64,000 bases of DNA from an uncultured Chloroflexia bacterium (lineage in GTDB: Bacteria; Chloroflexota; Limnocylindria; Limnocylindrales; CSP1-4), in assembly GCA_963712745.1 (NCBI GenBank), contig CAVQJC010000002.1:64001-128000 (forward strand), in the 5' to 3' direction. Of the stretch, positions 40,375 through 49,677 are shown in pieces. The position numbers and the translations under genes are program-made. The notes beneath the pieces were generated by a model. The model did no database searches. It was given only the letters and a program-made list of their open reading frames with translations, and was not told the DNA's origin. The number at the start of each line of letters is the position of its first letter. Positions within the stretch are counted from its first letter, which is position 1.

Positions 40375-40928
40375 TCAGGCTCGGTCGTCCAGTCGGCGCG
40401 GTGACCGCGGGATCGGTGAGGCCTGCGAGGGTGGCTCGACCAGGCCACGGGTCGCCTCGATGAACTCGAGCAGGACATCGGCGGTCAGCTCGGAGGTGAC
40501 GGTGAGGCCCTGGTGCTGGCTGATCGATGACGGCCTGGCGAACAGCACCTGGGAGCGGTCGATGATGAGGCACGCATCGCGGGGTGTCATGGACCAGGCG
40601 GGCTCCTCGGTGATGCGGCCGTCGGGCTGCCTGACCAGCTTCGTCGCCTGCAGGTCGGCCCTGAACCTGGCGATGGCCTCGAGGACCTCGTCGTGGATCT
40701 CGGCCTGGCGGTCGGCCATGCGCTCGGCGTGGTGCTCGATGAAGGACTCCGACGCCGGGCCTGATACGTCTCGCGCTTCTTCTCCCAGTCCCCCTTCTGG
40801 GCCTGGACGACGACGGCGGAGTGGGCGGTGATGCCGTGCTGGCGGCACAACGCCCTGATGGAGATGTCGGTGGTGATGAACTCGCGCTCGAGGGCGTGGT
40901 AGTCGTGGGACTTGTTGATGACGACCAC
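40375..40928 (-). pseudogene. Phage terminase small subunit-like HTH protein, frameshifted near 40757
   Basis: DYHALEREFITTDISIRALCRQHGI resembles TerS N-terminal HTHs. The continuation ASESFIEHHAERMA is in another frame. Confidence 0.5.
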
Positions 40929-41238
40929 CCTTTCGGGCTGTCTCGGCCTCCGGCCTCTCCTCGCCGCGACGAGGGGCGGAGTCACCGTCTGGCTCCATCG
41001 TAGCCCTCGATGCAAGCGGACGGATGCGTGCGGGGTGGTGGCGCTGTTCCAGCGTGCAGGAACTGCTGGAGCACGTCATGGGACCGCCCGCAGACGACCA
41101 GTCGGGTCGATGGTGTCGGAGTGGAGGTCTGTATGGGTGAGCTGGCTCGCGGCGCCGCCAGGGCTGAGCGTGGGGACCGGACAAGAGATGGACACGTCGT
41201 GGGCTGTCTGGTCGCCGCGAACCTTCTCCGACACGAAG

Positions 41239-41264
41239 AGGCCCGCCCCTCGCGGGACGGGCCT
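41239..41264. terminator. GC hairpin 3' of the SBP-fusion gene (copy 1)
   Basis: AGGCCCGCCCCTCGCGGGACGGGCCT; near-identical copy at 42966. Confidence 0.6.
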
Positions 41265-41290
41265 TCGAAGAACCTGAGCCGATGAGGCGC

Positions 41291-42745
41291 CTACTCGGTC
41301 GTCGGCTCCAACGACTCGGGCGGCGGTGGCATCGTCCCGAAGTAGATGCCACCCTCGAACACCGACCTGACTCGGCTGGCCTCCTCAGGCGTCCTCTCGG
41401 CCAAGACCGCGTAGAGGCCCTCGTAGGCTCCGTGCCCGGTGAGGACGACCAGCCCACGGCAGCGGTCCTGCGCGTCACAGTAGCCGCTCCAAGGACCCGT
41501 CCAGTAGCCATCGGGACCCTCGAGCAGCCAGGTGCTGCTGATAGCCACGCCGGACTCACCGTACGCCTCGAAGTTCGTAACACCCTCACCCTGGCTGGGC
41601 AGACGCGAGTCGCTCCACTCGTACGCAGCCGTGTGCTTGAGTCCGCGGCCGTGCCCGACCGAGCCGGGCTGGTCGACCGGGCCCTCTTCGGAGAACTCCA
41701 TCTGGGACGGGTCCGTGCCCTGCCACAGCATGGAGCCGGTGACAAGGGCGGTCGGATCGGTGGCCGGCTCGTCCTGAGCAGCCTCAGCCGCGACCACCTC
41801 ACCGGCCAGGAACTGGTCCACGTTGTCGGCGGTCACGAGGATCGTCTCGATGGGGATGAACGGTTCGACCGTCTCGCCGGCCGCAGCCGCGATGGCGGCC
41901 TCGACGGCCTTCTGGCCCATGAGCCGGGGCTGCTGGGCCACCGTCGCGTCGATGCTGCCGTCCTTGACCATCGCGAGGATGTCCGGTTCGGTGTCGAACC
42001 CGACGACCCGGACCTGGCCCTCCATGCCTGCCGCGGAAACCCCTTCGATGGCCCCATAGAGCATGCCCAGGTTGGCGGCGAACACGCCGCCGATGTCGGG
42101 GTCCTCCTCGAGTGCCTGCTGCGTCGCCCGGAGCGCCATGCCGTATTCGAAGTAGGCCGGTGCCTGCACCACGCGGGTGATGCCGGGAGCGGCATCGAGC
42201 GCCTCCTGGAAGCCCTCGCTGCGCCGCGCACCGGACGACACCGCCATGTCACCCTGGATCTCGACGACCTTGCCAGCGCCACCCATCGTCTCGAAGAGGA
42301 ACTCCCCGGCCATCCGACCACCGGCCACGTTGTCAGAGGCGATGAGCGAGGCCACCGTGCCGCCACTCGCGGTGCGGTCCACGGCGAGGAGCGGTATCCC
42401 TGCTGCGTTGGCGGCCTCGACGGAAGCCACGATGGCGTCAGGGTCGACAGGGGTGATGATGATGGCGTCCACGCCTTTCTCGATGAAGCCGCGGACATGG
42501 TTCGCCTGCGTGGTGGGGCTCCCCCAGGCGGTCTCGACGAGGAGATCGACCCCAGCCGCCGCGGCGGCCTCCCGTGCGCCCGCCTCGATGTCGCTAAAGA
42601 AGCCGTCGTCCTGGAACACGTTGGTGAACCCGATGGTCGTGCTCGCGGCGGATGGCTGCTCCGACGACTCCTGCCCTGCTGCCGGCAGCCCGCCCAGCGC
42701 CAGACACAACACGATTGCCGCACTCGCGGCCCACATCCTGCGCAT
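41291..42745 (-). CDS. RbsB-like sugar-binding protein fused to a C-terminal GEDAYEGL-family domain
   Basis: Signal peptide; IASDNVAGG, VVGFD and TVAQQP motifs; C-terminal SDSRL...GYWTG...LTGHGAYEGLYA...GTMPPPP. Confidence 0.85.
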   Translation of the reverse strand: MRRMWAASAAIVLCLALGGLPAAGQESSEQPSAASTTIGFTNVFQDDGFFSDIEAGAREAAAAAGVDLLVETAWGSPTTQANHVRGFIEKGVDAIIITPVDPDAIVASVEAANAAGIPLLAVDRTASGGTVASLIASDNVAGGRMAGEFLFETMGGAGKVVEIQGDMAVSSGARRSEGFQEALDAAPGITRVVQAPAYFEYGMALRATQQALEEDPDIGGVFAANLGMLYGAIEGVSAAGMEGQVRVVGFDTEPDILAMVKDGSIDATVAQQPRLMGQKAVEAAIAAAAGETVEPFIPIETILVTADNVDQFLAGEVVAAEAAQDEPATDPTALVTGSMLWQGTDPSQMEFSEEGPVDQPGSVGHGRGLKHTAAYEWSDSRLPSQGEGVTNFEAYGESGVAISSTWLLEGPDGYWTGPWSGYCDAQDRCRGLVVLTGHGAYEGLYAVLAERTPEEASRVRSVFEGGIYFGTMPPPPESLEPTTE

Positions 42746-42767
42746 GACCCTACCCCCCCCTCACTTG

Positions 42768-42842
42768 CGCGGGCCGGGTCCGCCAGTGGCTTGGCACGGT
42801 CCCGGCGGCCAGGGTATGGGCCGTGCCTCATCGCCTCCCGCG
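42768..42842 (-). ncRNA. c-di-GMP-II-like riboswitch (copy 1)
   Basis: CGCGGGAGGCGATGAGGCACGG...CCGCC...CCGTGCCAAGCCACTGGCGGACCCGGCCCGCG: P1, GATGA kink-turn strand, P3 and CCGCC/GGCGG pseudoknot, just 5' of the RBS. Confidence 0.75.
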
Positions 42843-42965
42843 TATGCGTGGATTCTCCCACTCGTGGCTATCAGGTCAGCCTGAGACCAGGTACCGGCTG
42901 CGTATCCACCAAGTGCGAGATGGGCCCAAGGGCGGCGGTGCTGCGGGACGCGCTGGGAATAAGAT

Positions 42966-42993
42966 GAGGCCCGCCCCTCGTGGGACGGGCCTC
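42966..42993. terminator. GC hairpin 3' of the BNR-like gene (copy 2)
   Basis: GAGGCCCGCCCCTCGTGGGACGGGCCTC. Confidence 0.6.
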
Positions 42994-43030
42994 TTGGTCT
43001 TCGCATCGCCGGCGAGGTGCGGTCCATTGA

Positions 43031-44356
43031 TCAGGACTGGGGTGGGCTGAGGAGAGCGACAGAGACGAGGTCGTCGCCATCGTCAGTACCTGAGACGGTC
43101 ACGACCAGGCGGTCGCCGGCGACGGCCATGTCCACGTCGTAGATCCACATGCCAGCCACAGGCAGTATCGGCTGTGCCTCCTCCAGTGCCCAGTTGGTGC
43201 CGTCACTGGATGCCCAGAGCGCCAGCAGGTCGCCGTCCTGGCCCCCTTGCGCGCTCGGGCCCACGAGCAGGGCGAAGAAGTGGCCGCCCTGGACGGTGAG
43301 GGCCTTCAACTGGCCGTCCACGGGACTGCCGTAGGCGACATGCCACTCGGTGCCGTCAGGGGTGAGCAGCATGGCCGAGCCGCACGGGTCCAAGCAGATA
43401 GGGGCATCGACCACCAGCCGCTCCGCCACTGCGGCGACCGAGGTGATCGCGCCATGGGGACGGGGCATCGCGCTCGCCTCCTTCTTCCACGAGAGCCCGT
43501 CCGGCGAGCGCCAGAGCTGCCCCCAGCAGGTGCCGTTCCAGGCCCAGGGGTCCTTGTCGAAGGCTGGCATGCAGGCCTGTCCCACGGCGACGACGCCGTT
43601 TGCCAACAGTCCGGCCCCGCTTTCCGTGCCCGCATAGAAGCCGAAGGCGTCGACGCCCCCAGCCGATGGATCCTCCATCGTGTCGATGTAGCCACCGATC
43701 TCGAAGACCTCCTTGGCCCTGGCCTGGGTCCAGGTCTTGCCATCCGGACTGGACCAGATGGCGGCGCGAGGTGCCTTCTCGAGGTAGATGACGCCGCCCA
43801 GCAGGTAGCCGTCGTCGGCACCGAGCATCGTGCGCAGCCGGGTGCCCGTCGGGAAGGCGTCCATGGCGGTGGCCCGCTCCCATGATGTCCCATCGTCCGA
43901 GCGCCAGACCGCCGATCGCTGACCACCCTGCTCGGCCACGCGCCCGAAGACGAGGAAGCCCGCAGGGCCGTACGTGACCCCTTGCAGGCCGATCTCCGGG
44001 CCGCTGGTGGTGGGCCGCATGATTCCGAGGTCGAGGCCAGACGAGCGAGGGTCCACGGCCTCCCAGGTGATGCCATCGGGGCTGGTCCAGGCCGGCCCCC
44101 AGCAGCGCGACGTCTCTCGTCGCCCCTGGATGCAGGCCCGCTGCCCGACCGCGACCATCGATGATGGCCCGACCGCGATGCCGACAGCCATGGTCGTGCC
44201 GATGGTCTGGGGCAGCACGGTGGCTGTCCAGCCGTTCGCGCTTGCCGTGGTCTCGCCCCGGTCGTCTTGTGCTTGAGCCACCGGAGCCAGCGCCGGCACC
44301 CCACCGATCACGAGGAACGTCAACATAGCCGCAGCAGCGGCCCACGGACTGCGCAT
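43031..44356 (-). CDS. Secreted beta-propeller protein with Asp-box/BNR-like repeats
   Basis: Six W.S.DG..W-type repeats; signal peptide; AAGGAGG RBS. Confidence 0.75.
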   Translation of the reverse strand: MRSPWAAAAAMLTFLVIGGVPALAPVAQAQDDRGETTASANGWTATVLPQTIGTTMAVGIAVGPSSMVAVGQRACIQGRRETSRCWGPAWTSPDGITWEAVDPRSSGLDLGIMRPTTSGPEIGLQGVTYGPAGFLVFGRVAEQGGQRSAVWRSDDGTSWERATAMDAFPTGTRLRTMLGADDGYLLGGVIYLEKAPRAAIWSSPDGKTWTQARAKEVFEIGGYIDTMEDPSAGGVDAFGFYAGTESGAGLLANGVVAVGQACMPAFDKDPWAWNGTCWGQLWRSPDGLSWKKEASAMPRPHGAITSVAAVAERLVVDAPICLDPCGSAMLLTPDGTEWHVAYGSPVDGQLKALTVQGGHFFALLVGPSAQGGQDGDLLALWASSDGTNWALEEAQPILPVAGMWIYDVDMAVAGDRLVVTVSGTDDGDDLVSVALLSPPQS

Positions 44357-44379
44357 GACAAGCCTCCTTCGGCTCATGC

Positions 44380-44452
44380 GCGGGTCGGGTCCGCCAGTGG
44401 CTCGGCGCGGCCCCGGCGGCCAGGGTGTGGGCCGCGCCTCATCGCCTCCCGC
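44380..44452 (-). ncRNA. c-di-GMP-II-like riboswitch (copy 2)
   Basis: GCGGGAGGCGATGAGGCGCGG...CCGCC...CCGCGCCGAGCCACTGGCGGACCCGACCCGC. P3 shows a compensatory change relative to copy 1. Confidence 0.78.
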
Positions 44453-44561
44453 TCTGCTGGGTATGACGCCACAGCAGTAGCAGGTCGTTCAAGAGGCGGA
44501 GGTCACGAAGGCTCGCGGCGCTGTTTTCAGGGGTCCGTGGCGCTGTCCTCAGTGCCCAGCC

Positions 44562-45217
44562 GTGGTGTCGAACTCGGTATCGCTGCGGTAAAGGAGGGGC
44601 AGACGCCATGGGTGTCTGTGTCTATCCCTATGGGGATCTGGCTCACGGCGCTGAGCGTGGAGGGTGGTCGGTCGGTGGTTCGCGTCCTCGAGGCCGGTCA
44701 GGGCAGTTCCCTGATGATGGTGGCCTTGAAGGGCGCGGCCAGCAGCCCCAGGAGACGGGTGAAGACCGAATCGTCCGCCATCGCATGCATCGACGCCACC
44801 CGCGCCTCGGGTGACTCCCACTCGGCGATCTCCACCAACAGGTCGGGATCGTCGAGCACTTCGTAGCGCGAGCTGCCGAGGTAGCCGGGGACGGGCTCGT
44901 CCGGGACGTGGCTCACGAGCAGTCCCTTGAGCTCATCGCGCCGGCCAGGCTGGGCCCGCAGCTCGATGATGACCTTGACCGTCATGTCTGACCTCACCTA
45001 CGCGGACGCGGTCGACTCCTCCGCCATCCGGGGATGGAGCATAGGGCGTGGCGAGCAGCCCACCAAGAGCGCATCCCCTGTTCCCTGGGCACCGCTGTGG
45101 TGTCGAAGTCGGTGTGGCGCAGCTCGAGCAGGGATAGATGCCCATCGTGTCGGTCTCTATCCCTGGATGGATCTGGCTCGCGGCGCTAAGCGTGGAAGGT
45201 GGTCGGGTGGCGGTCGG
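44562..45217. repeat. Two diverged ~121-bp direct repeats (44562-44682 and 45097-45217) bracketing a small gene
   Basis: GTGGTGTCGAA.TCGGT...TCTATCCCT...GGATCTGGCTC.CGGCGCT.AGCGTGGA.GGTGGTCGG shared between copies. A partial third copy lies at 41111-41175. Confidence 0.75.
44698..44985 (-). CDS. Antibiotic biosynthesis monooxygenase (ABM) family protein
   Basis: AQPGRRDEL...PGYLG...EWES pattern; GAGG RBS. Confidence 0.75.
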   Translation of the reverse strand: MTVKVIIELRAQPGRRDELKGLLVSHVPDEPVPGYLGSSRYEVLDDPDLLVEIAEWESPEARVASMHAMADDSVFTRLLGLLAAPFKATIIRELP

Positions 45218-45247
45218 GTGGTGGCCTGGTTGGCGGCTGCCGCGCCC

Positions 45248-46105
45248 CTACTCCGTGCCCGCCACGGCCTCGGGGGTGATGACGTAGGTGTCGACTCCCG
45301 ACGAGCCGTCCTGCGACCGGGCCACCGCCCAGACGCTGCCGTCGGGAGCGATATCGAAGTCCGAGATGCATCGCCCGGCTAGGTAGGGGGTCCATGTATC
45401 GCCGTCGAAGCGGGCCAAGCCATCGCAGTCGCCTCCGTCGTTCGTCACATTCACCCAGGCGCCGCCGTCTGGAGCGACCTCGACGACCGCCATGCGCACC
45501 TGGAAGACATAGGGCTGGCCCCATGGGCCGACGCCATCGGCGTCGGTGAAGACGGTCCAGCCGGAGCCGTCGAGACGGGCGAGGCTGTGATGTAGTTGCC
45601 CCAAGTCACCGGCGGTCCACAACGTGCCGTCGGGACCGACATCGAACGTCCTCCCTGGCTGAGACGACCAGTCGATGCCATCGGGTGAAGGCACGACCTG
45701 CCAGTCGGTGCCGTCGAAGCGCAGCAATGTCCCGACGGCAACTTCACCTTCGTGCGAGAAGACCAGGAGCCACGCCATGCCGTCGTCGTTCACCGAAAGC
45801 CCAGTGACATCGTTGCCGTACACGTCGGCCCAGTCGCTCCCGTTATCCCACCCTTCCGGCGGTGTCCACGAGAGGCTATGATCGCCGACCGCCCACACGG
45901 TGCCGTCGCCCCCGACCGCGAGGGCCGAGAGGTCGCAGCACATGTCGTCCTCCGCCCACGACCCGCCATCGAACACCCGGAGACCCCCCAACGCGAGGGT
46001 CCATAGCCGGCCATCGGGGCCCGCCTCGGTGTTGGCTTGACCGATCTCCACCAAGCCGGGGTCGTAGCTCCAAGACGGAGCCGCGCCCACGCACGCCGCG
46101 CTCAC
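45248..46105 (-). CDS. Beta-propeller repeat protein, probably 5'-truncated
   Basis: PDGxxW and RFDG repeats; paralog of 14391..15653; no signal peptide. Confidence 0.65.
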   Translation of the reverse strand: MSAACVGAAPSWSYDPGLVEIGQANTEAGPDGRLWTLALGGLRVFDGGSWAEDDMCCDLSALAVGGDGTVWAVGDHSLSWTPPEGWDNGSDWADVYGNDVTGLSVNDDGMAWLLVFSHEGEVAVGTLLRFDGTDWQVVPSPDGIDWSSQPGRTFDVGPDGTLWTAGDLGQLHHSLARLDGSGWTVFTDADGVGPWGQPYVFQVRMAVVEVAPDGGAWVNVTNDGGDCDGLARFDGDTWTPYLAGRCISDFDIAPDGSVWAVARSQDGSSGVDTYVITPEAVAGTE

Positions 46106-46265
46106 GTTCCCTCGTCCTCTTGGGTTTGGTCATCCCGACATCAAGGTGACGGTGGTGACCCACATGCTCATGCCGGGAGCATATCCCGTAGCCTTAACCC
46201 CGTAGCCTTAAGCAGCAGAGTCTGTCAACACCGAGGACGGTCCATCAGAGGCCATTGCACGCTCG

Positions 46266-46359
<94 letters not shown>

Positions 46360-46456
46360 CGCAGCGCGGCAGGATAGCAGCGCGAAGTCAGGTCCCTCGA
46401 GCGGCCTGCCGACGTGGAGGCGGAAGTCTGATAGGGCGCCGGCAACAGCCGACGGC

Positions 46457-48145
46457 TCAGCCCACCTCGGCCGGCTGCTGCACCGCGAGGTCGAATCCCG
46501 CCTGTTCGGCAGCGGCGATCATGGCGTCCACCACCGGGGCCATCACCCTCGGCAGCTCGGCGTCTTGTGGCTCTGCCCCAGAGCCTGCCGGTCCGCGGTG
46601 GAGCGGCCGGTACAGCACGATCTTCTGGATGACGCCGATGCCGTCGTCGACCTGCGCCCACTCGAGCGCCGGGATCGCCTGCCGCCACAGCAGCGCCACG
46701 AACGAGTCGCACGATACGAGCGCCCCCTCCCGCAGCGAAGTGAGGCCGACCGCGGCGCAGCCGGCGGTCTCGACGACGTTGTCGAACTCGTTCCGGCTCG
46801 TGGTGGGCAGGGAGTCTTGCAGCAGGGTAGCCACGGGCTCGCCGTCGAGGGTCACCTCGCACGTCACGGCACCGCTCCTGGCCACGCCCGGAGTGGCTAC
46901 GAGGCGACCGGCGGCGCCATCGAACAGGTCGGCCGAGGCAAGCGCAGCCACGACCTGGGGACCGCAGATGTCGGCGTTCGACTCCAACTGCCCGCATTCA
47001 GGTGTTCCCAGCGCGTCACCGACACTGTCGATCCCGAACAAGCCGGTGCGGAGGGCGAGGCCGATACGCTGCAACGGCGAGGCATTCGGCTTGGGCACGT
47101 TACCCTCAGGCGGGGCCACCGCGGCCGACCTGGCATCCGGGTCGTCGATGGTGAACAGGGCCCGGTACAGGCCCATGGCCGGGATCCGGGTCCACAGGCC
47201 CTCGACCGTATCGAGCAGCTGCTTCTCCGCGTCGTACGTCTCGAGCTGGAGCTTGGCCAGCTCCTCCGCGCTGAAGTCCCCGAGCGCCTGGATGTGAAGC
47301 TCCACCTGCCGGCGTCCGTCGCTCAGCGGCGCCGCGGACGTCCTCACGCACGCCACCGAGCTGAGGTCGAGGCCATCGCGGAACCGCTGGAACTGGCTCC
47401 CGCCCGGGGCGTAGACGACGTCGCGCGTGGGGGGCACCGGGGGGTCGGCGAAGGGCTTTGTGCCCTCGACCGTGATGCGGTGGTGGCGGGCCCACTTGTC
47501 CACCGGCACGACCATGACCATCACGCCGTCGGGCATGACGATGCCGCCGGCGCCCGCGGCCATCTCCGCGAACCAGGCCACACCGTCGGCGGTGACCGGC
47601 GAGCTCCCGTTCTGAGGAAAGAGCCGCCCGTCATCGAACCACACACCGCCCGAGTGGAGCAGGCGCGTGCCCGACGCCAGGTCCTGCTGCCTACCGGGCA
47701 CGGTCAGGTCTCCCCCACCGGCGAGGCCCAGGTGTACGACCGCGGTCTGATCTCCGTCGAGCGTGGGCGGGTCGGCCAGCTTGACCAGGACGATCAGTAC
47801 CGGCGTGCCTTTGGGCGGCAGCGTGCCCCAGCCGTACTCGCTCGCGACCAGCTCCTTGAGCCACGTACGCAGCTTGCTGGGCACCTCGATGAGACCGCTG
47901 GCAGCCCACTCGGCATCGGCCCCGTCGACGTCACCGACGGCATCCAGCGCTACATCCAGCTGCCCCGCCTTCAGCCCGGGGACGCCGCGGAGGTACTCGT
48001 GGACCTCGTCGACGGACGGCGTCTGCGCCTGTGCGGCAGATGGCACGACCGACATCGTGGCAACGAGCAGGGCCAACGGGAGGAGGGCAGCGAGCAGACG
48101 GGAACGGCGGGACCGACGGCCTCGTGCGCGACGGACAATGCTCAT
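46457..48145 (-). CDS. Hypothetical secreted protein
   Basis: Arg-rich n-region, hydrophobic helix and AQA cleavage site; GGGAG RBS. Confidence 0.7.
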   Translation of the reverse strand: MSIVRRARGRRSRRSRLLAALLPLALLVATMSVVPSAAQAQTPSVDEVHEYLRGVPGLKAGQLDVALDAVGDVDGADAEWAASGLIEVPSKLRTWLKELVASEYGWGTLPPKGTPVLIVLVKLADPPTLDGDQTAVVHLGLAGGGDLTVPGRQQDLASGTRLLHSGGVWFDDGRLFPQNGSSPVTADGVAWFAEMAAGAGGIVMPDGVMVMVVPVDKWARHHRITVEGTKPFADPPVPPTRDVVYAPGGSQFQRFRDGLDLSSVACVRTSAAPLSDGRRQVELHIQALGDFSAEELAKLQLETYDAEKQLLDTVEGLWTRIPAMGLYRALFTIDDPDARSAAVAPPEGNVPKPNASPLQRIGLALRTGLFGIDSVGDALGTPECGQLESNADICGPQVVAALASADLFDGAAGRLVATPGVARSGAVTCEVTLDGEPVATLLQDSLPTTSRNEFDNVVETAGCAAVGLTSLREGALVSCDSFVALLWRQAIPALEWAQVDDGIGVIQKIVLYRPLHRGPAGSGAEPQDAELPRVMAPVVDAMIAAAEQAGFDLAVQQPAEVG

Positions 48146-48281
48146 ATCGGATCGACGCTCCCCTGCACCAGTTTGAAGACCCAAAGCATGGCCCGCAGCC
48201 TGCGCGCAGTCAACGTCCGGGACGACGGGCGACCAAAGGGCCACTGCCCCGTCAGGGGCGTGACGTTATGCTCGGCGCCTC

Positions 48282-49418
48282 GTGGATCGTCGCTACCAGC
48301 CTCGCGCTCTGGCCACCCTGCTCGCCGTCACCGTGCTGATCACCGCGGGCGCCGGCCCAGCCACCGCCCGGCCGCCCTCGGTCGACCCGGAGCTGGCGAC
48401 CGAGCTCCAGCTGCGCCTCGACCGCTGGCGGGTGAACCATCGCGCCCCAGGTGTGGCGGCTGCGGTACGGCTGCCCGATGGATCGCGCTGGGTCGGCACC
48501 TCCGGCAAGCGCGCGACCGGCAAGAGTGCCAGGGACATCAAGACCTGGACACCGTTCGCGGTGGGCTCCCTGACCAAGACGTTCATGGCAGCGCTCATCC
48601 TCCAGTTGCGCGAAGAGGGCCACCTGACACTCGGCTCCAGCATCGCACGCTGGCTGCCGGCCTATCCGAAGGCGCGCAAGATCACCGTGAAGATGCTGCT
48701 CAACCACACCAGCGGCATCTACGACTACTTCGCGCACCCCAGGTACGAGGGGCTCGTCTTCGGCCGGCCCAAGCACCGCTGGAAGACCAGCGAGATCCTG
48801 GAGCTGGTGGGGCCGCGCTACTGCGCGCCGGGCGCCTGCTACAGGTACTCGAACACGAACTATGTGCTGCTCGCCAAGATCGTCAAGAGGATCACCGGCC
48901 GCCACGCCGCGGTCGAGATCCGGCAGCGCTTCCTCAAGCCGCTCGGCCTGACCGACACGTTCTTCCAGGGTCGCGAAGCCGTCGGCCTTGAGCCGGCCAA
49001 GGGCTATCTCGCCACCACCTCGGGCTGGCGCGGCTTCTGGGATGGGACGCGGCTGCGGCCGCATACCTCGGGGGCCACGGTGGCAAACGCTGCCGGCGCG
49101 ATGGTCTCGTCGGCGAGGGACATCTCCGACTGGCAGGACGCACTCTTCGGCGGAGACGTCCTTTCCCCCGAGTCACTGGAGCGGATGCTCAGGTTCCCCT
49201 CCTCGGGCTACGGCCTGGGCATACGTCACGCCTATCTCGACGGCCAGCTGGGGTACGGCCACGGCGGTTCGCTGCGCGGGTTCGTCTCACTCATGTACCG
49301 CCTGCCGGACGAGTCGCTCGATGTGGTGGTGATGACGAACCTGGGCCGGGTGGACCTCCAGGGCCTGGCCGACAAGCTGACCCGCGCCGCGCTCAAGCAC
49401 GTCGAGTCCGGACCGTAG
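48282..49418 (+). CDS. Secreted serine hydrolase, beta-lactamase class C / D-Ala-D-Ala peptidase family
   Basis: SLTK, LLNHTSG, YSN and HGG motifs. Confidence 0.88.
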   Translation: MDRRYQPRALATLLAVTVLITAGAGPATARPPSVDPELATELQLRLDRWRVNHRAPGVAAAVRLPDGSRWVGTSGKRATGKSARDIKTWTPFAVGSLTKTFMAALILQLREEGHLTLGSSIARWLPAYPKARKITVKMLLNHTSGIYDYFAHPRYEGLVFGRPKHRWKTSEILELVGPRYCAPGACYRYSNTNYVLLAKIVKRITGRHAAVEIRQRFLKPLGLTDTFFQGREAVGLEPAKGYLATTSGWRGFWDGTRLRPHTSGATVANAAGAMVSSARDISDWQDALFGGDVLSPESLERMLRFPSSGYGLGIRHAYLDGQLGYGHGGSLRGFVSLMYRLPDESLDVVVMTNLGRVDLQGLADKLTRAALKHVESGP

Positions 49419-49677
49419 TCCTGTCCCTGTCCTCCTATGCCTGTTCGAACGGGTTCACGAGCGTCACACCGGCGATCTTCCGTCCGTGCTGGAGGTCCTC
49501 GGTCGACAGCACGGATGCGCCGGTCCGGGCGGCCCCGACGCGGTCCGGGCGGCCACGACGATTACGAGTGCGTCCCAGAGCGAGAGCCGATACCGCTGTC
49601 CGAGCTCGGGAGGCGGCGACGGCCGCCCTTCCCTCATCTGACCGGCCGCCCGGGTAGTCGACCCAGCAGCGACGCAG

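Noticed and set aside
42768-42842. Fluoride riboswitch (GGCGATGAGGC start)
   Set aside because: It lacks the CGCC partner and the CTRATGRC pseudoknot strand, the downstream genes are unrelated to fluoride, and the c-di-GMP-II topology fits better.
44562-45217. Integron attC cassette array
   Set aside because: No RYYYAAC/GTTRRRY boxes and no intI in the window. Kept only as an unexplained repeat.
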